Of a stretch of DNA of 64,000 nucleotides, positions 8,326 to 19,641 are shown in pieces. Origin of the DNA: an uncultured Rubrivirga sp. (lineage in GTDB: Bacteria; Actinomycetota; Actinomycetes; S36-B12); NCBI GenBank assembly GCA_964550285.1, contig CAZJYN010000001.1:50620-114619 (forward strand). The letters are read 5' to 3'. The first letter of the stretch is position 1, and each line of letters opens with the position of its first letter. A model generated the notes under the pieces. That model worked only from the letters and a program-made list of their open reading frames with translations, was not told the DNA's origin and ran no database searches. A program made the translations under genes and the position numbers.

Positions 8326-11172
8326 ATGTCCTTCGTCGAACGCCATATCGCTCCCACCAGCGCTGACCTCGCCGAGATGCTGACGGTCCTGGGCTATCCG
8401 GACCTGGACTCCTTCATCGATGCCGTGGTGCCTGCCGGAATCGCGGACCGCGCACCCATGGGTATCCCACCGGCTGCCGGTGAGAGGGAGGCGTTAGCCG
8501 AACTCGACGAACGCAGCCGGAGCATCCGTCGTCCCATCTCGATGATCGGCCTGGGCTATCACGGCACCGTCATCCCCGAAGCGATCAAGCGCGGGATCTT
8601 GCTCAACGCAGGTTGGTACACCGCCTACACGCCCTATCAGCCGGAGATCTCCCAAGGCCGCCTCGAGGCATTGCTGAACTTCCAGACACTCGTGGAGGAC
8701 CTCACCGGCCTGACCGTGGCCGGAGCCTCGCTGCTGGACGAGCCGACCGCCGTCGCTGAGGCGATGGCGATGGCCGTGAAGCACGGGCCGAAAGGCGTGC
8801 GACGGCTCGCAATCGATATCGGGGTGCACCCGCAGACCAGAGCGGTGGTCGCCACGCGCGCTGAACCGCAGGGCATCGAGGTCGTGGACTTCGATCCGAC
8901 AGGCGGCTTGCCGCAGGGGGAGTGGTCGGGCGTGGTGATCGCCTACCCGGCATCCACCGGCGCCGTCCGCGATCCACGTGCGTTAATCACCGACGCCAAA
9001 CAGCGCGGAGCGCTCGTGATCATGGACGCCGATCCGCTGGCGCTGACCTTGCTGGAATCACCGGGCGAGCTCGGTGCCGATATCGCTGTGGGTTCGATGC
9101 AACGCTTCGGTGTGCCTATGGCCTTCGGTGGTCCGCACGCCGGCTACATCGCGGTCCGCAGCGGACTGGAGCGATCGCTGCCTGGCCGACTGGTCGGGGT
9201 GAGCGTCGATGCCGACGGTCGAACCGCCTACCGCCTGGCCCTGCAAACCCGAGAGCAGCACATTCGCCGCGAGAAGGCGACGAGCAATATTTGCACTGCG
9301 CAGGTGCTGTTGGCGGTGCTGGCGGGGATGTACGCGGTGCACCACGGACCCGAGGGTCTGCGCGCCATCGCCGATCGGGTGGCCACTTTGGCCGCGCGAT
9401 TGGTCACCGGTGCCCAGCGAGCCGGGCTCAAGGTGGCCGACGATCACCTGTTCGACACCGTCTGCGTGCGAGCCGAAGGCAAAGCGGAGGCCATCGTCGA
9501 CAACGCCCGTGACGCCGGTATCAATATTCGGTTGATCGATGCCGACACCTTCTCCTTCACCGTCGACGAGACGACGACCGAGCAGCAAGCTGCCCGCATG
9601 GCCGGTGTCCTCGGCTTCGACATCGCCGCACACACCGACCCGATGATCCCGGCGGCACTGCATCGCTCCGGCGTGATCCTCGACTACCCGGTCTTCCACC
9701 AGCACCGCAACGAGACATCGCTGATGCGCTACATGCGCTCGCTAGCCGATAAGGACCTCGCACTCGACCGCACGATGATCCCGCTGGGTTCGTGCACCAT
9801 GAAACTCAACGCCGCCGCGGAGATGGCGCCCATCACCTGGCCGCAGTTCGCCGAGATCCACCCGTTCGCACCGGCCGACCAGGTCGAGCCGTATGTGCAG
9901 ATCATCGACGAACTCGAATCCTGGCTCGCGACGATCACCGGCTACGACGCCGTGAGCGTGCAACCCAATGCCGGATCGCAAGGCGAATTCGCCGGGCTGC
10001 TCGCCATCCGTGCCTACCACCGCGCGAACGATGATGACCAGCGAACGATCTGCTTGATCCCCAGCAGCGCGCACGGCACCAACGCCGCGAGCGCGGTGAT
10101 GGCCGGCATGAAGGTCGTGGTGGTGGCCTGTGATGAGATCGGCGATGTCGATATCGCGGACCTGAAGACCAAGATCATCGAACACGGGGACAACCTCGCC
10201 GCCTTGATGATCACGTATCCCTCTACCCATGGGGTATTCGAGGAAGCCGTGCAGGAGATTTGCGGTCTCGTCCACGATGCCGGCGGTCAGGTGTACGTCG
10301 ACGGCGCAAACCTCAATGCGCTCGTCGGCTTGGCTAAGCCCGGCAAATTCGGCGCCGATGTCTCGCACCTGAATTTGCACAAGACCTTCGCGATCCCGCA
10401 CGGCGGCGGGGGGCCGGGTGTGGGCCCGATCGGCGTGCGCGCGCACCTCGGGCCGTACCTGCCCGGCCATCCGCTGCGCCCCGAAGCAGGTCCGACCGGC
10501 CGCGGATATGCCGACGGGGGAGTGGGCCCGGTCAGCGGGGCTCCATGGGGTAGCGCCGGCATCCTGCCGATCCCGTGGATGTACATCCGGATGATGGGCG
10601 ATGAGGGTCTACGGGCCGCAACCAGCGCCGCGATCGTCTCCGCGAACTACATCGCGCATCGGCTGCACGATCACTTCCCGATCCTGTACACCGCGCCGAA
10701 TGGAACCGTTGCGCACGAATGCATCCTCGATGTGCGTGCCATCACCCAGGAGACGGGTATCGGCGTCGAGGACATCGCCAAGCGGTTGATCGACTACGGC
10801 TTCCACGCGCCGACGATGTCCTTCCCGGTCGTCGGCACGTTGATGGTCGAACCGACCGAGAGCGAGTCCCTGGCCGAACTCGATCGCTTCTGCGACGCCA
10901 TGATCGCCATCAAGGCCGAGATCGATGCGGTTGCGGCAGGTCAGTGGCCCGCAGATGACAACCCGCTGGTCAATGCGCCACACACCGCCGATTGTCTGAT
11001 CGGGGAGTGGAACCATCCGTATCCGGCGCGACTTGCCGCGTTCCCGGCACCGGGGATGGAGAACGGCAAATACTGGCCACCGGTGCGGCGCATCGACGGC
11101 GCCTACGGCGATCGCAACCTGGTCTGCTCGTGCCCGCGGCCCGAGGAACTCGAGCAGATCCTTTCCCCCTAA
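8326..11172 (+). CDS. gcvP: glycine dehydrogenase (decarboxylating), P protein
   Basis: 948-aa single-chain GcvP with conserved PLP-region sequence ([25 protein letters not shown]). Confidence 0.95.
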   Translation: MSFVERHIAPTSADLAEMLTVLGYPDLDSFIDAVVPAGIADRAPMGIPPAAGEREALAELDERSRSIRRPISMIGLGYHGTVIPEAIKRGILLNAGWYTAYTPYQPEISQGRLEALLNFQTLVEDLTGLTVAGASLLDEPTAVAEAMAMAVKHGPKGVRRLAIDIGVHPQTRAVVATRAEPQGIEVVDFDPTGGLPQGEWSGVVIAYPASTGAVRDPRALITDAKQRGALVIMDADPLALTLLESPGELGADIAVGSMQRFGVPMAFGGPHAGYIAVRSGLERSLPGRLVGVSVDADGRTAYRLALQTREQHIRREKATSNICTAQVLLAVLAGMYAVHHGPEGLRAIADRVATLAARLVTGAQRAGLKVADDHLFDTVCVRAEGKAEAIVDNARDAGINIRLIDADTFSFTVDETTTEQQAARMAGVLGFDIAAHTDPMIPAALHRSGVILDYPVFHQHRNETSLMRYMRSLADKDLALDRTMIPLGSCTMKLNAAAEMAPITWPQFAEIHPFAPADQVEPYVQIIDELESWLATITGYDAVSVQPNAGSQGEFAGLLAIRAYHRANDDDQRTICLIPSSAHGTNAASAVMAGMKVVVVACDEIGDVDIADLKTKIIEHGDNLAALMITYPSTHGVFEEAVQEICGLVHDAGGQVYVDGANLNALVGLAKPGKFGADVSHLNLHKTFAIPHGGGGPGVGPIGVRAHLGPYLPGHPLRPEAGPTGRGYADGGVGPVSGAPWGSAGILPIPWMYIRMMGDEGLRAATSAAIVSANYIAHRLHDHFPILYTAPNGTVAHECILDVRAITQETGIGVEDIAKRLIDYGFHAPTMSFPVVGTLMVEPTESESLAELDRFCDAMIAIKAEIDAVAAGQWPADDNPLVNAPHTADCLIGEWNHPYPARLAAFPAPGMENGKYWPPVRRIDGAYGDRNLVCSCPRPEELEQILSP

Positions 11173-11173
11173 C

Positions 11174-11325
11174 CCACGCGTTTCCCCCGGATTCCGGGGG
11201 ATTCGCTTCGCTTTCCCCGGAATCGCCCTCAATCCACGCGTTTCCCCCGGAATCCGGGGGAAACGCGTGGATTTCGCTGGAATCGGCGTCAGTTTGTGCG
11301 TTTCCGCCACTGCGGTAGAAGTCGA
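11174..11325. repeat. 60-bp tandem repeat, 2 good units plus a degenerate third, each with an internal palindrome
   Basis: ccacgcgtttcccccgga(t/a)tccggggga recurs at 11174 and 11234 (exact 60-nt period). The aligned units are about three-quarters identical. A degenerate third copy (tgtgcgtttccgcc) sits at 11294. The array starts 2 nt after the gcvP stop. Confidence 0.8.
11232..11272 (+). terminator. 41-nt near-perfect palindrome/hairpin, candidate gcvP terminator
   Basis: atccacgcgtttcccccgga a tccgggggaaacgcgtggat gives about 19 bp of GC-rich stem followed by TTT. There is no long U tract, so the function is inferred. Confidence 0.4.
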
Positions 11326-11339
11326 TGGCGCGAGTGTTG

Positions 11340-11481
11340 GTCGCCCGCCCACCTCGCAGATCCACACTTCCTGCCACGGCACATCGATCTCCCGTGGCCA
11401 GTCCCACGGTTCGTCATGGCCGCTGACCGAGAGGACGTGCTCGGTCTGATCCCAGCGCTCCAGAGTGGACACGTCGGCCAT
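11340..11481 (-). pseudogene. possible 5' remnant of a truncated gene (MADVSTLERWDQTEHVLSVSGHDEPWDWPREIDVPWQEVWICEVGG...)
   Basis: ATG at 11481, 23 nt after the methyltransferase stop. About 47 codons have strong GC3 bias; the bias then collapses as the frame enters the repeat array. There is no stop until 10609, deep inside antisense gcvP. Confidence 0.3.
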
Positions 11482-11503
11482 TGCAGCCAAGCGCAGGTCA
11501 ACG

Positions 11504-12109
11504 TCAGACACGCACAGCCCGCACCCACAGATAGTCCTGGGTATCTCCATCGGGGCGCACGTGGGCTTCCTCGCAGGTTTGTTCGATTGTGAAATCCCCA
11601 CCGAAGAGGACTTCGAAGTCGGCCACACTTTGCCGGCGCACAGGCAACCCGGCGCACATCTCGGGTCCGGTGGGGCCGAAAGAACCGATAACGACGACGG
11701 ATCCACGCCGCGTAGCGGCACGTAGGACCGACCCGTAACGGAGTCGATCGTCGTCCTCGCGCAGGAAATGCAGGACGGCACGGTCGTGCCATAGATCGAA
11801 GGTGCGCGGGGGAGTCCACGACAGCAGGTCCGCTTGGATCCACTCCACGGACTGGGACTGCGTCCCAACGCGCGCCCGCGCGATGTCGAGCGCCACCGAC
11901 GACCAATCCAGCACCGACAGATCACTCCAGCCGCGGGTCAGCGCCTCGTCGACCCACACCGACGCACCCGCACCGATGTCGATTGCCGCACTCGATGGCA
12001 AGAGGTCACCGATCAGGCGCCAACTCGCGTCCGCGGCCGCCTGGAACCAGCCGCGGGCGGTGTAGTCGCCGGAGTAGGAGGAATCCCAGTGGGCCGGTGA
12101 GGACGTCAC
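11504..12109 (-). CDS. class I SAM-dependent methyltransferase
   Basis: 201 aa with motif I AIDIGAGASVW; downstream LDWSSVAL and FDLWHDRAVLHFL are typical of small-molecule methyltransferases. Confidence 0.8.
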   Translation of the reverse strand: MTSSPAHWDSSYSGDYTARGWFQAAADASWRLIGDLLPSSAAIDIGAGASVWVDEALTRGWSDLSVLDWSSVALDIARARVGTQSQSVEWIQADLLSWTPPRTFDLWHDRAVLHFLREDDDRLRYGSVLRAATRRGSVVVIGSFGPTGPEMCAGLPVRRQSVADFEVLFGGDFTIEQTCEEAHVRPDGDTQDYLWVRAVRV

Positions 12110-12115
12110 CCGGTG

Positions 12116-12121
12116 AGCCTA
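12116..12121 (-). promoter_or_regulatory. -10 hexamer TAGGCT, predicted leaderless promoter of methyltransferase
   Basis: Reverse complement of agccta; 6-nt spacer to GTG at 12109. Confidence 0.4.
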
Positions 12122-12136
12122 TGGGTACGAACGGAC

Positions 12137-12150
12137 ATAATGTGCATTAT
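12137..12150. promoter_or_regulatory. AT-rich palindrome ATAATG-TG-CATTAT in divergent intergenic region
   Basis: Perfect 6-2-6 inverted repeat. It is conspicuously AT-rich against the GC-rich background and overlaps the -35 zone of the methyltransferase promoter. Candidate operator. Confidence 0.3.
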
Positions 12151-12202
12151 CGGTTGCCACGGCTACTTACCGGGCTCGCCACTCAAGCCGGCGGGCACCT
12201 AC

Positions 12203-12229
12203 ACATACACGGCTACTATGTGTGTATGT
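12203..12229 (+). promoter_or_regulatory. inverted repeat ACATACAC-N11-GTGTATGT, candidate VapB operator
   Basis: The 8-bp arms bracket the TACTAT -10 element and overlap the vapB ATG, a classic autorepression layout for type II TA operons. Confidence 0.4.
12214..12219 (+). promoter_or_regulatory. -10 hexamer TACTAT, predicted leaderless promoter of vapBC
   Basis: TANNNT; 6-nt spacer to ATG 12226. Confidence 0.45.
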
Positions 12230-12482
12230 CCCTTACCCATCGTCTCCAAGTGCTGCTAGACGAGGATCAGTACCAGCGCCTAGCCAAGAGAGCGCATGCC
12301 GAGCAGCGCAGCGTCGGGTCGATGATCCGTGAGGCTGTCGACCTGGTGTGGACAGGCCCGAGCGCGCAGAAGGTGTCCTTGCTGGAAGCGTTGCTCGCCG
12401 AAGAGCCGATGTCGGTGCCTGATGCCGAGGAACTCTCACGCGAGCTTCAGGACTATCGATCCGAGCGCTTCTCGGGCGTGTG

Positions 12483-12483
<1 letters not shown>
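12226..12483 (+). CDS. vapB: ribbon-helix-helix antitoxin (VapB-like)
   Basis: 85 aa from the in-frame ATG within ORF 11983..12483. N-terminal RHH-like MSLTHRLQVLLDEDQYQRLAKRAHAEQRSVGSMIREAV. Stop overlaps the PIN gene start. Confidence 0.75.
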
Positions 12484-14395
<1,912 letters not shown>

Positions 14396-14413
14396 TCGTG
14401 CGATAGTAGAAAT

Positions 14414-14704
14414 ATGACGGCTTCACCTCCCGAACCGAATGGGGACGACGAGCTCCCCGAGATCCCGGATTTCATCCCCGAGGACGACTTCCTCGCCGCC
14501 GGTCCGAAGGAGGCCTCGGCCGAGGAACGTGCAGCCCAGGCCGCCCGGATCGCGCAAGGCAACGACCGCCTGCGGGCCGCCGGCCAAATTGCCGACGGCA
14601 CCGGCAAACCTGCTTATCGACGGGCCTCCAAGGTGGCGCCGTGGATCGGGATCGGTGCCGCGGTTGCGGTACTGATCGTGGTCGTGGCCCTCCTGGCCGG
14701 CTAG
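14414..14704 (+). CDS. hypothetical small C-tail-anchored membrane protein
   Basis: 96 aa: acidic N-terminus and a single C-terminal TM (WIGIGAAVAVLIVVVALLAG). Codon bias is consistent with coding. No family recognised. Confidence 0.45.
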   Translation: MTASPPEPNGDDELPEIPDFIPEDDFLAAGPKEASAEERAAQAARIAQGNDRLRAAGQIADGTGKPAYRRASKVAPWIGIGAAVAVLIVVVALLAG

Positions 14705-14839
14705 CTAGCAGCCCTCGGACTGCTGACCGCCCGACGACCGACCGGTGACCGACCGCTGACCGCCATTTGACGACAGGCGGGGAACCGCCCGTGTCGCAGG
14801 CGCGTCATAGTCGTAACCGCGAACGCGAGGGAGGCAGCA

Positions 14840-15190
14840 ATGGCCGAGACATCGATGCGCGGCACCCGCCTAGGTGCCCTGAGTTACGAGCGCGATGAGC
14901 ATGTCGCCCCAGCCGAGCGGCGAATCGTCCGATATGTGTGCCCTGAGGGCCATCTATCGGATGTGCCCTACTTCATCGATGCCGATGAGATTCCCCGTGA
15001 GTGGACCTGCCGGTGCGGTGAGACGGCTATCGCCGAGGAAATCGAGCCCGAGGAGCGCAAGGCCCAACGTCCCACCAGGACGCACTGGGACATGCTGCTC
15101 GAGCGACGCTCGATCGCCGACCTCGAGGAACTCCTCGAAGAGCGTCTAGCCCTGCTCGACGCTCCCGCGGACCTACCCAAGTCCGCGTAG
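14840..15190 (+). CDS. rbpA: RNA polymerase-binding protein RbpA
   Basis: RGTRLGALSYERDE...VRYVCPEGH...WTCRCG...RTHWDMLLERRSIADLEELL; SD gagggagg upstream. Confidence 0.9.
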   Translation: MAETSMRGTRLGALSYERDEHVAPAERRIVRYVCPEGHLSDVPYFIDADEIPREWTCRCGETAIAEEIEPEERKAQRPTRTHWDMLLERRSIADLEELLEERLALLDAPADLPKSA

Positions 15191-15222
15191 TCGGCCGACC
15201 AGCCGGTTAACCCCGCACACCA

Positions 15223-15708
15223 CTAGCCCCGCCCGAGTTCGGGCGGTGGATGACCGTCGTCGTCCTCGGTCCCATCCGCGGCGTCATCGGGGCGCATGTC
15301 CTCGATGATGACCGTGCCGCGGATGACGTCCCCGGATCCGGGAAACCGGGAGTACCAGGCTTGCTGATTGAAGCGCCGCGCCATCCACCGTCCGACACCC
15401 GCGCGCACCCCGGGCAATAGCAAAGCCGCACCCAGTAGGTCGGTCAAGTAGCCGGGAACGAAGAACAGCACACCGGCTGCGAACTGACCCGCCATCGAGG
15501 ACGCTAACTGGCCGGCGCGTTCTGGTTCTGCCTGCATCGAGGCCGCAGCGCTCGCGCCTGCGTTGCGCATGAGGGCTAGTCCGATGGGGAATCCCGCGAG
15601 CAGTCCGAGTAGGGCCCAGCCCCACCCGATCAGCGAGGCGATTGCCCACAGCACCAGGATCTCGGCGAGCGGATAGCCGAAGACGAGCAAGCGTCCACGA
15701 AAGCCCAT
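15223..15708 (-). CDS. fxsA: FxsA family membrane protein
   Basis: Start at the internal Met (MGFRGRLLVFGYPLAEILVLWAI...) of ORF 15223..15897. Two or three TM segments followed by LLLPGVRAGVGRW, typical of FxsA. Confidence 0.75.
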   Translation of the reverse strand: MGFRGRLLVFGYPLAEILVLWAIASLIGWGWALLGLLAGFPIGLALMRNAGASAAASMQAEPERAGQLASSMAGQFAAGVLFFVPGYLTDLLGAALLLPGVRAGVGRWMARRFNQQAWYSRFPGSGDVIRGTVIIEDMRPDDAADGTEDDDGHPPPELGRG

Positions 15709-15713
15709 GACGG

Positions 15714-16490
15714 CTACCTTTCCCGTTTCGAGACCGCGCGCTTGAGGGATCCCAGCCGTTGTTGCGCACCCCATTGCGTGACACGCAGGAGTGCTTCGGC
15801 GACGATGGACCGAGACATCTTGCTGTCTCCGATGCTGCGTTCGACGAAGGTGATGGGTACCTCCTTGACGACCATGCCGCGTTGCACGGTCCGCCACGCA
15901 AGGTCGACTTGGAAGCAGTATCCCTGCGAGGCGACCGTATGCAGGTCCAAGCGGCGCAAGGTATCGGCGCGGAATGCACGGAAGCCGCCAGTGGCATCGT
16001 GGATCGGCACCCCGAGCATGACGCGCGTGTAGGCGTTCCCCCCGCGCGAGAGCACTTCGCGGCCCTTCGACCAGTTCTGTGTGCCACCTCCGGTGATCCA
16101 GCGGGATCCGAGGACTAGATCGGCACCACGCAGCGCCTCGAGCAGTCGCGGGAGTTGTTCGGGTTGGTGGGATCCGTCCGCGTCCATCTCCACCAGGACG
16201 TCGTACTCGTGTTGTAGCCCCCAGGTGAATCCGGCGATGTAGGCAGCTCCCAGGCCTTCCTTACCGGCCCGATGCATGACTTGCACGTGCTGGTGGCTCG
16301 CCGCGAGTGAGTCGGCGATCTGCCCCGTGCCATCGGGTGAGTTGTCGTCCACCACGAGGATGTCGGCCTCTGGGACGGCAGCACGGATGCGCTCGATGAT
16401 CAGCGGCAGCGAGTCTCGTTCGTTGTACGTGGGAACGATGACCACGATTTTGCCGAGATCGGCAAAAGGGGTCTCGTTCGCCGAATCCAC
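15714..16490 (-). CDS. ppm1: polyprenol monophosphomannose synthase (GT2)
   Basis: VVIVPTYNE...LVVDDNSPDGT...EMDADGSH GT2 motifs; directly downstream of lnt, as in actinobacterial lnt-ppm1 pairs. Confidence 0.85.
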   Translation of the reverse strand: MDSANETPFADLGKIVVIVPTYNERDSLPLIIERIRAAVPEADILVVDDNSPDGTGQIADSLAASHQHVQVMHRAGKEGLGAAYIAGFTWGLQHEYDVLVEMDADGSHQPEQLPRLLEALRGADLVLGSRWITGGGTQNWSKGREVLSRGGNAYTRVMLGVPIHDATGGFRAFRADTLRRLDLHTVASQGYCFQVDLAWRTVQRGMVVKEVPITFVERSIGDSKMSRSIVAEALLRVTQWGAQQRLGSLKRAVSKRER

Positions 16491-16499
16491 TCCCTCACC

Positions 16500-18026
16500 C
16501 TAGCCCGGGACGTCGCTGGTCTTCGCTAAGCGCCGACGCCACCGCAGGTAACCCAGGATCACCAAACCGAAGGCCAGCGCCACGGCAGCAGAGACTTCCG
16601 GGAGCGGCCCGATCAACGTGCTGGGAGTCCGTCCGGTGCGCAACTCGACCTCCGCCACGAAGTAGCCGCGCTCCCCCTCATCGAGGCGCTCGAGGACCGT
16701 TCCATTCGCCGCAATCACGCCGCTGATCCCCGTGGTCGAAGCCACGACGACGGTGCGTCCGGTCTGCAGTGCGCGCATCCGCTCGATGTCCCACTGCTGG
16801 GCCGGTTGGCCGGTTCCTTGGTACGTGGCGTTATTCGTTTGCACCGTGATCAGTTCCGCACCACCGTCGATCACCGCCGTGAAGACGTCGTCGTAGGCGA
16901 CCTCGAAGCAAATCGCATCCCCGATGACCACTCCCCCGATCTCCAACACGCCGGCTTCATCTCCACCGACGAAGTCCCGGGGCACACGATCGAAGCGACC
17001 GATCAAGGGTGCGAGTTGCTCTCGGAAGGGTACGAATTCCCCGAACGGCACCGGGTAGTTCTTGATGTAGCGATCACCAGGCCCGGTTTCTGGATCCCAG
17101 ACGATGCCGCTGTTCTCCACTTTCGTGGGGTCATCGGTTTGCACGACGGCACCGACCAGGATCGGAGCGCCGACGGCCGCCGCAGTGGCACTGATGTCGG
17201 CCGCGACAGTCTCATCGCGGTAGGGGTCGATATCCGAGGAGTTCTCCGGCCAGAGCACGAAATCCGGCCGCGGCACTTCGCCAGCATCGACTGCCTGCGC
17301 CAACGCCAGCGTTTGGTCCACGTGGTTTTGCAGTACCGCCCGGCGAACGTCGAGGGCTTCCATGCCGGTGCCCGGAGTGCCTCCTTGGATCGCCGCGACG
17401 GTTGCAGTGCTGCTCGTTCCGCCGAATTCCAATGGCCGCGGGATCAACAGCGCAACGAGTCCGACAACGACGACGACGCTCACCGACAGGACCCAACCGC
17501 GGGTGCGTACGGATTCGATGATGAGTCCGGCTATGAGCACGATGATGAACGTGATGCCAACCATGCCCGCGAGCGAGCCGAGTGCAGCCATCGGTGAGTT
17601 GCCCTGCGAGAAGGCGAGTTCACCCCAGGGGAACCCGCCCAGGGGAACGCGTCCGCGGAGCGCTTCCATGACGACCCAAGCACTAGCAATCCACCAGGGG
17701 CCACCGCGGATCCGGCTCAGCGGCCCTACGGCTGCGCCGAACACGCCGTTCCACAAGGCGCAGTAGGCACTGAGCACCAACCAGGCATCGGTCCCGATCA
17801 CGGTCATCCACGGCAGCAGGACAAGGAAGAACGTGAATCCGAAGACGAAGCCGAGCAACATGGACATCCGAGCCGAGGTGCGCCACTGCACGGCCAACAC
17901 GCCGAGGACACCCAAGAACGCCATCGGCCACAGCCCGAAGGGGGCGAAGGCAACGGCTGTAATCACGCCCGAGACAGCGGCTATCGCCAGCGAGGCCGTG
18001 GTCCGAGCGAGTCGGCTATCTGGCAT
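16500..18026 (-). CDS. lnt: apolipoprotein N-acyltransferase
   Basis: Multi-TM N-terminus plus a CN-hydrolase domain (VLWPENSSD ... ICFEVAYDD). Start taken at ATG 18026; the ORF track extends to 18068. Confidence 0.85.
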   Translation of the reverse strand: MPDSRLARTTASLAIAAVSGVITAVAFAPFGLWPMAFLGVLGVLAVQWRTSARMSMLLGFVFGFTFFLVLLPWMTVIGTDAWLVLSAYCALWNGVFGAAVGPLSRIRGGPWWIASAWVVMEALRGRVPLGGFPWGELAFSQGNSPMAALGSLAGMVGITFIIVLIAGLIIESVRTRGWVLSVSVVVVVGLVALLIPRPLEFGGTSSTATVAAIQGGTPGTGMEALDVRRAVLQNHVDQTLALAQAVDAGEVPRPDFVLWPENSSDIDPYRDETVAADISATAAAVGAPILVGAVVQTDDPTKVENSGIVWDPETGPGDRYIKNYPVPFGEFVPFREQLAPLIGRFDRVPRDFVGGDEAGVLEIGGVVIGDAICFEVAYDDVFTAVIDGGAELITVQTNNATYQGTGQPAQQWDIERMRALQTGRTVVVASTTGISGVIAANGTVLERLDEGERGYFVAEVELRTGRTPSTLIGPLPEVSAAVALAFGLVILGYLRWRRRLAKTSDVPG

Positions 18027-19641
18027 GCGCTGCCTCGAAGTAGTCCTGGCCGTGGATGACCGAACCATGGACGAGGGTGGCTAGGCACGGTGGATCGGCT
18101 TCGCTGAGGTCTGGTAGGCCGGGAGTGGCGGCTCGCGGGTCGGTGGACCAGTTGCGCACCGTGTCCTGCGGAACGCGCACCTCTAGTGCGGGTGCGTCCC
18201 AGATGGCCAAATGCGCTGGTGCCCCGACATCGATGACGCCGACGCCTTCGATGCCTGCAGCCCGCCATCCGCCACGGGTGTGCGCGTTGAAGGCGGCGCG
18301 CGCCGAAAGCCGTTCATCGACTTGGTGATGCTCGGTAGCCGCTCGCACGATCGACCACGGATGCATCGGCGTCACGGGTGAATCGGAGTTGATGGCCAAA
18401 CGCCCACCGGCGGACACGATGCTGGCCAGCCGGTTCATAGTCCCGGCTCGCTGGCTTTCGAGGCGTTGCTCGTACATGCCTGCGCTTCCACCCCAAAGCG
18501 CGTCGAAGGTCGGTTGCATGCTGAAAGTGACGCCATGATCCACCAACGTGGAGATGTCCTCCTCGCGCAACATCTCCGCATGTTCGATGCGATGACCCAT
18601 GGCGCGCACCGCCGGCTGGCCGAGCTCATCGGCGACGGCGGCTACGCCAGCGGCTACCGCGGCACAGGCGCGATCGCCGATGGCATGGAAGCCACCGGGA
18701 ATGCCGGCCACGGTGGTTGCCCGCAGGTGATCGGCTATCTCCTCGACCGAGAGGTACAGCGAACCCGACTCCGAGGCATCATCGGAATACGGAGCCGTCA
18801 GCGCGGCGGTGTGCGACCCGAGTGACCCATCGACGAACAGATCTCCGCCGACCCCGATAGCGCCGATATCCCTCGCCATCTCGATACCCCCCTCGGCAGC
18901 GGTCTGTCCCCAATAGCCGAAGACGAGTGGGCCACCCGTTTCGTGGGCGGTATCGAGCAGGGCTCGCAGATCATCGGCGCCTCCGATCGAGGGACCCGAC
19001 ATCTCATGCAGGCACACCACACCGTAGGCCGCGGCCTCGCGCAGGGTTAGTAACTGCGCATTCGTGCGATCTACAGGACGAATACGGACCAGGGCTTCCT
19101 CCCGCAAGGCAGCGTGCGCAGCACGGGTCAGCACACTGTGGGCGTCGAAGCCCTGCACGCCCCGTGCCTGCGGCGCCCGAGCCACTAGGGCACTGGAAAC
19201 CAGAGCGGAATGCACGTCGATGCGAGATAGATAGACCTCGCTGCCCCAAGAAGCCCGATCGATCTCGGCGCGGGTGGGTAGGCGTCGATCGGTCCAGGTC
19301 GTCTCATCCCAGCCGTGCCCGTAGACCAGGCCGCCTCGAACGGCCTTGGCCGCTGCCTCGACCGCCTGCAAGATGTCCTCTGCATTGCGTGCACCCGACA
19401 GATCCAGCCCGCCGAGTTGCAGACCGGTCGCAGTGGCATGGACATGCGAGTCCACGAAACCGGGTGTGACGAAAGCGCCGGCGAGGTCGACGATGGAGTC
19501 GGCGATGTCGTGGTGCACCCGGGCACCGGCATCGTCGCCGACCCACACGATGACGCCATCGTCGATGAGCAATGCCGTTGCGAATGGATCATTACGCGAG
19601 TGGACCACCGCGTTCACGATCAAGGTGCGCGCACCGTTCAC
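18016..19641 (-). CDS. amidohydrolase family protein (YtcJ-like metal-dependent hydrolase)
   Basis: 541 aa with PGFVDSHVHA metal motif and HAIGDRA / IEHAEM downstream motifs. Confidence 0.8.
   Translation of the reverse strand: MNGARTLIVNAVVHSRNDPFATALLIDDGVIVWVGDDAGARVHHDIADSIVDLAGAFVTPGFVDSHVHATATGLQLGGLDLSGARNAEDILQAVEAAAKAVRGGLVYGHGWDETTWTDRRLPTRAEIDRASWGSEVYLSRIDVHSALVSSALVARAPQARGVQGFDAHSVLTRAAHAALREEALVRIRPVDRTNAQLLTLREAAAYGVVCLHEMSGPSIGGADDLRALLDTAHETGGPLVFGYWGQTAAEGGIEMARDIGAIGVGGDLFVDGSLGSHTAALTAPYSDDASESGSLYLSVEEIADHLRATTVAGIPGGFHAIGDRACAAVAAGVAAVADELGQPAVRAMGHRIEHAEMLREEDISTLVDHGVTFSMQPTFDALWGGSAGMYEQRLESQRAGTMNRLASIVSAGGRLAINSDSPVTPMHPWSIVRAATEHHQVDERLSARAAFNAHTRGGWRAAGIEGVGVIDVGAPAHLAIWDAPALEVRVPQDTVRNWSTDPRAATPGLPDLSEADPPCLATLVHGSVIHGQDYFEAAHAR

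Noticed and set aside
11174-11325. Palindromic direct repeats considered as a mini-CRISPR array.
   Set aside because: There are only 2-3 contiguous units with no unique spacers between them, the units diverge from each other, and no cas genes are in the window.
14722-14811. Three elements upstream of rbpA: a 10-nt direct repeat gctgaccgcc (14722 and 14755), TTGACG (14767) and CATAGT (14806).
   Set aside because: TTGACG and CATAGT are 33 nt apart, incompatible with one sigma-70-type promoter. The direct repeat sits in a GACCG-rich low-complexity stretch and could be chance.
18016-18068. 53-nt overlap between the amidohydrolase 3' end and the longest lnt ORF start.
   Set aside because: Using the internal ATG at 18026 reduces the overlap to 11 nt and still precedes the first TM helix. 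The longer start is probably an ORF-calling artefact.
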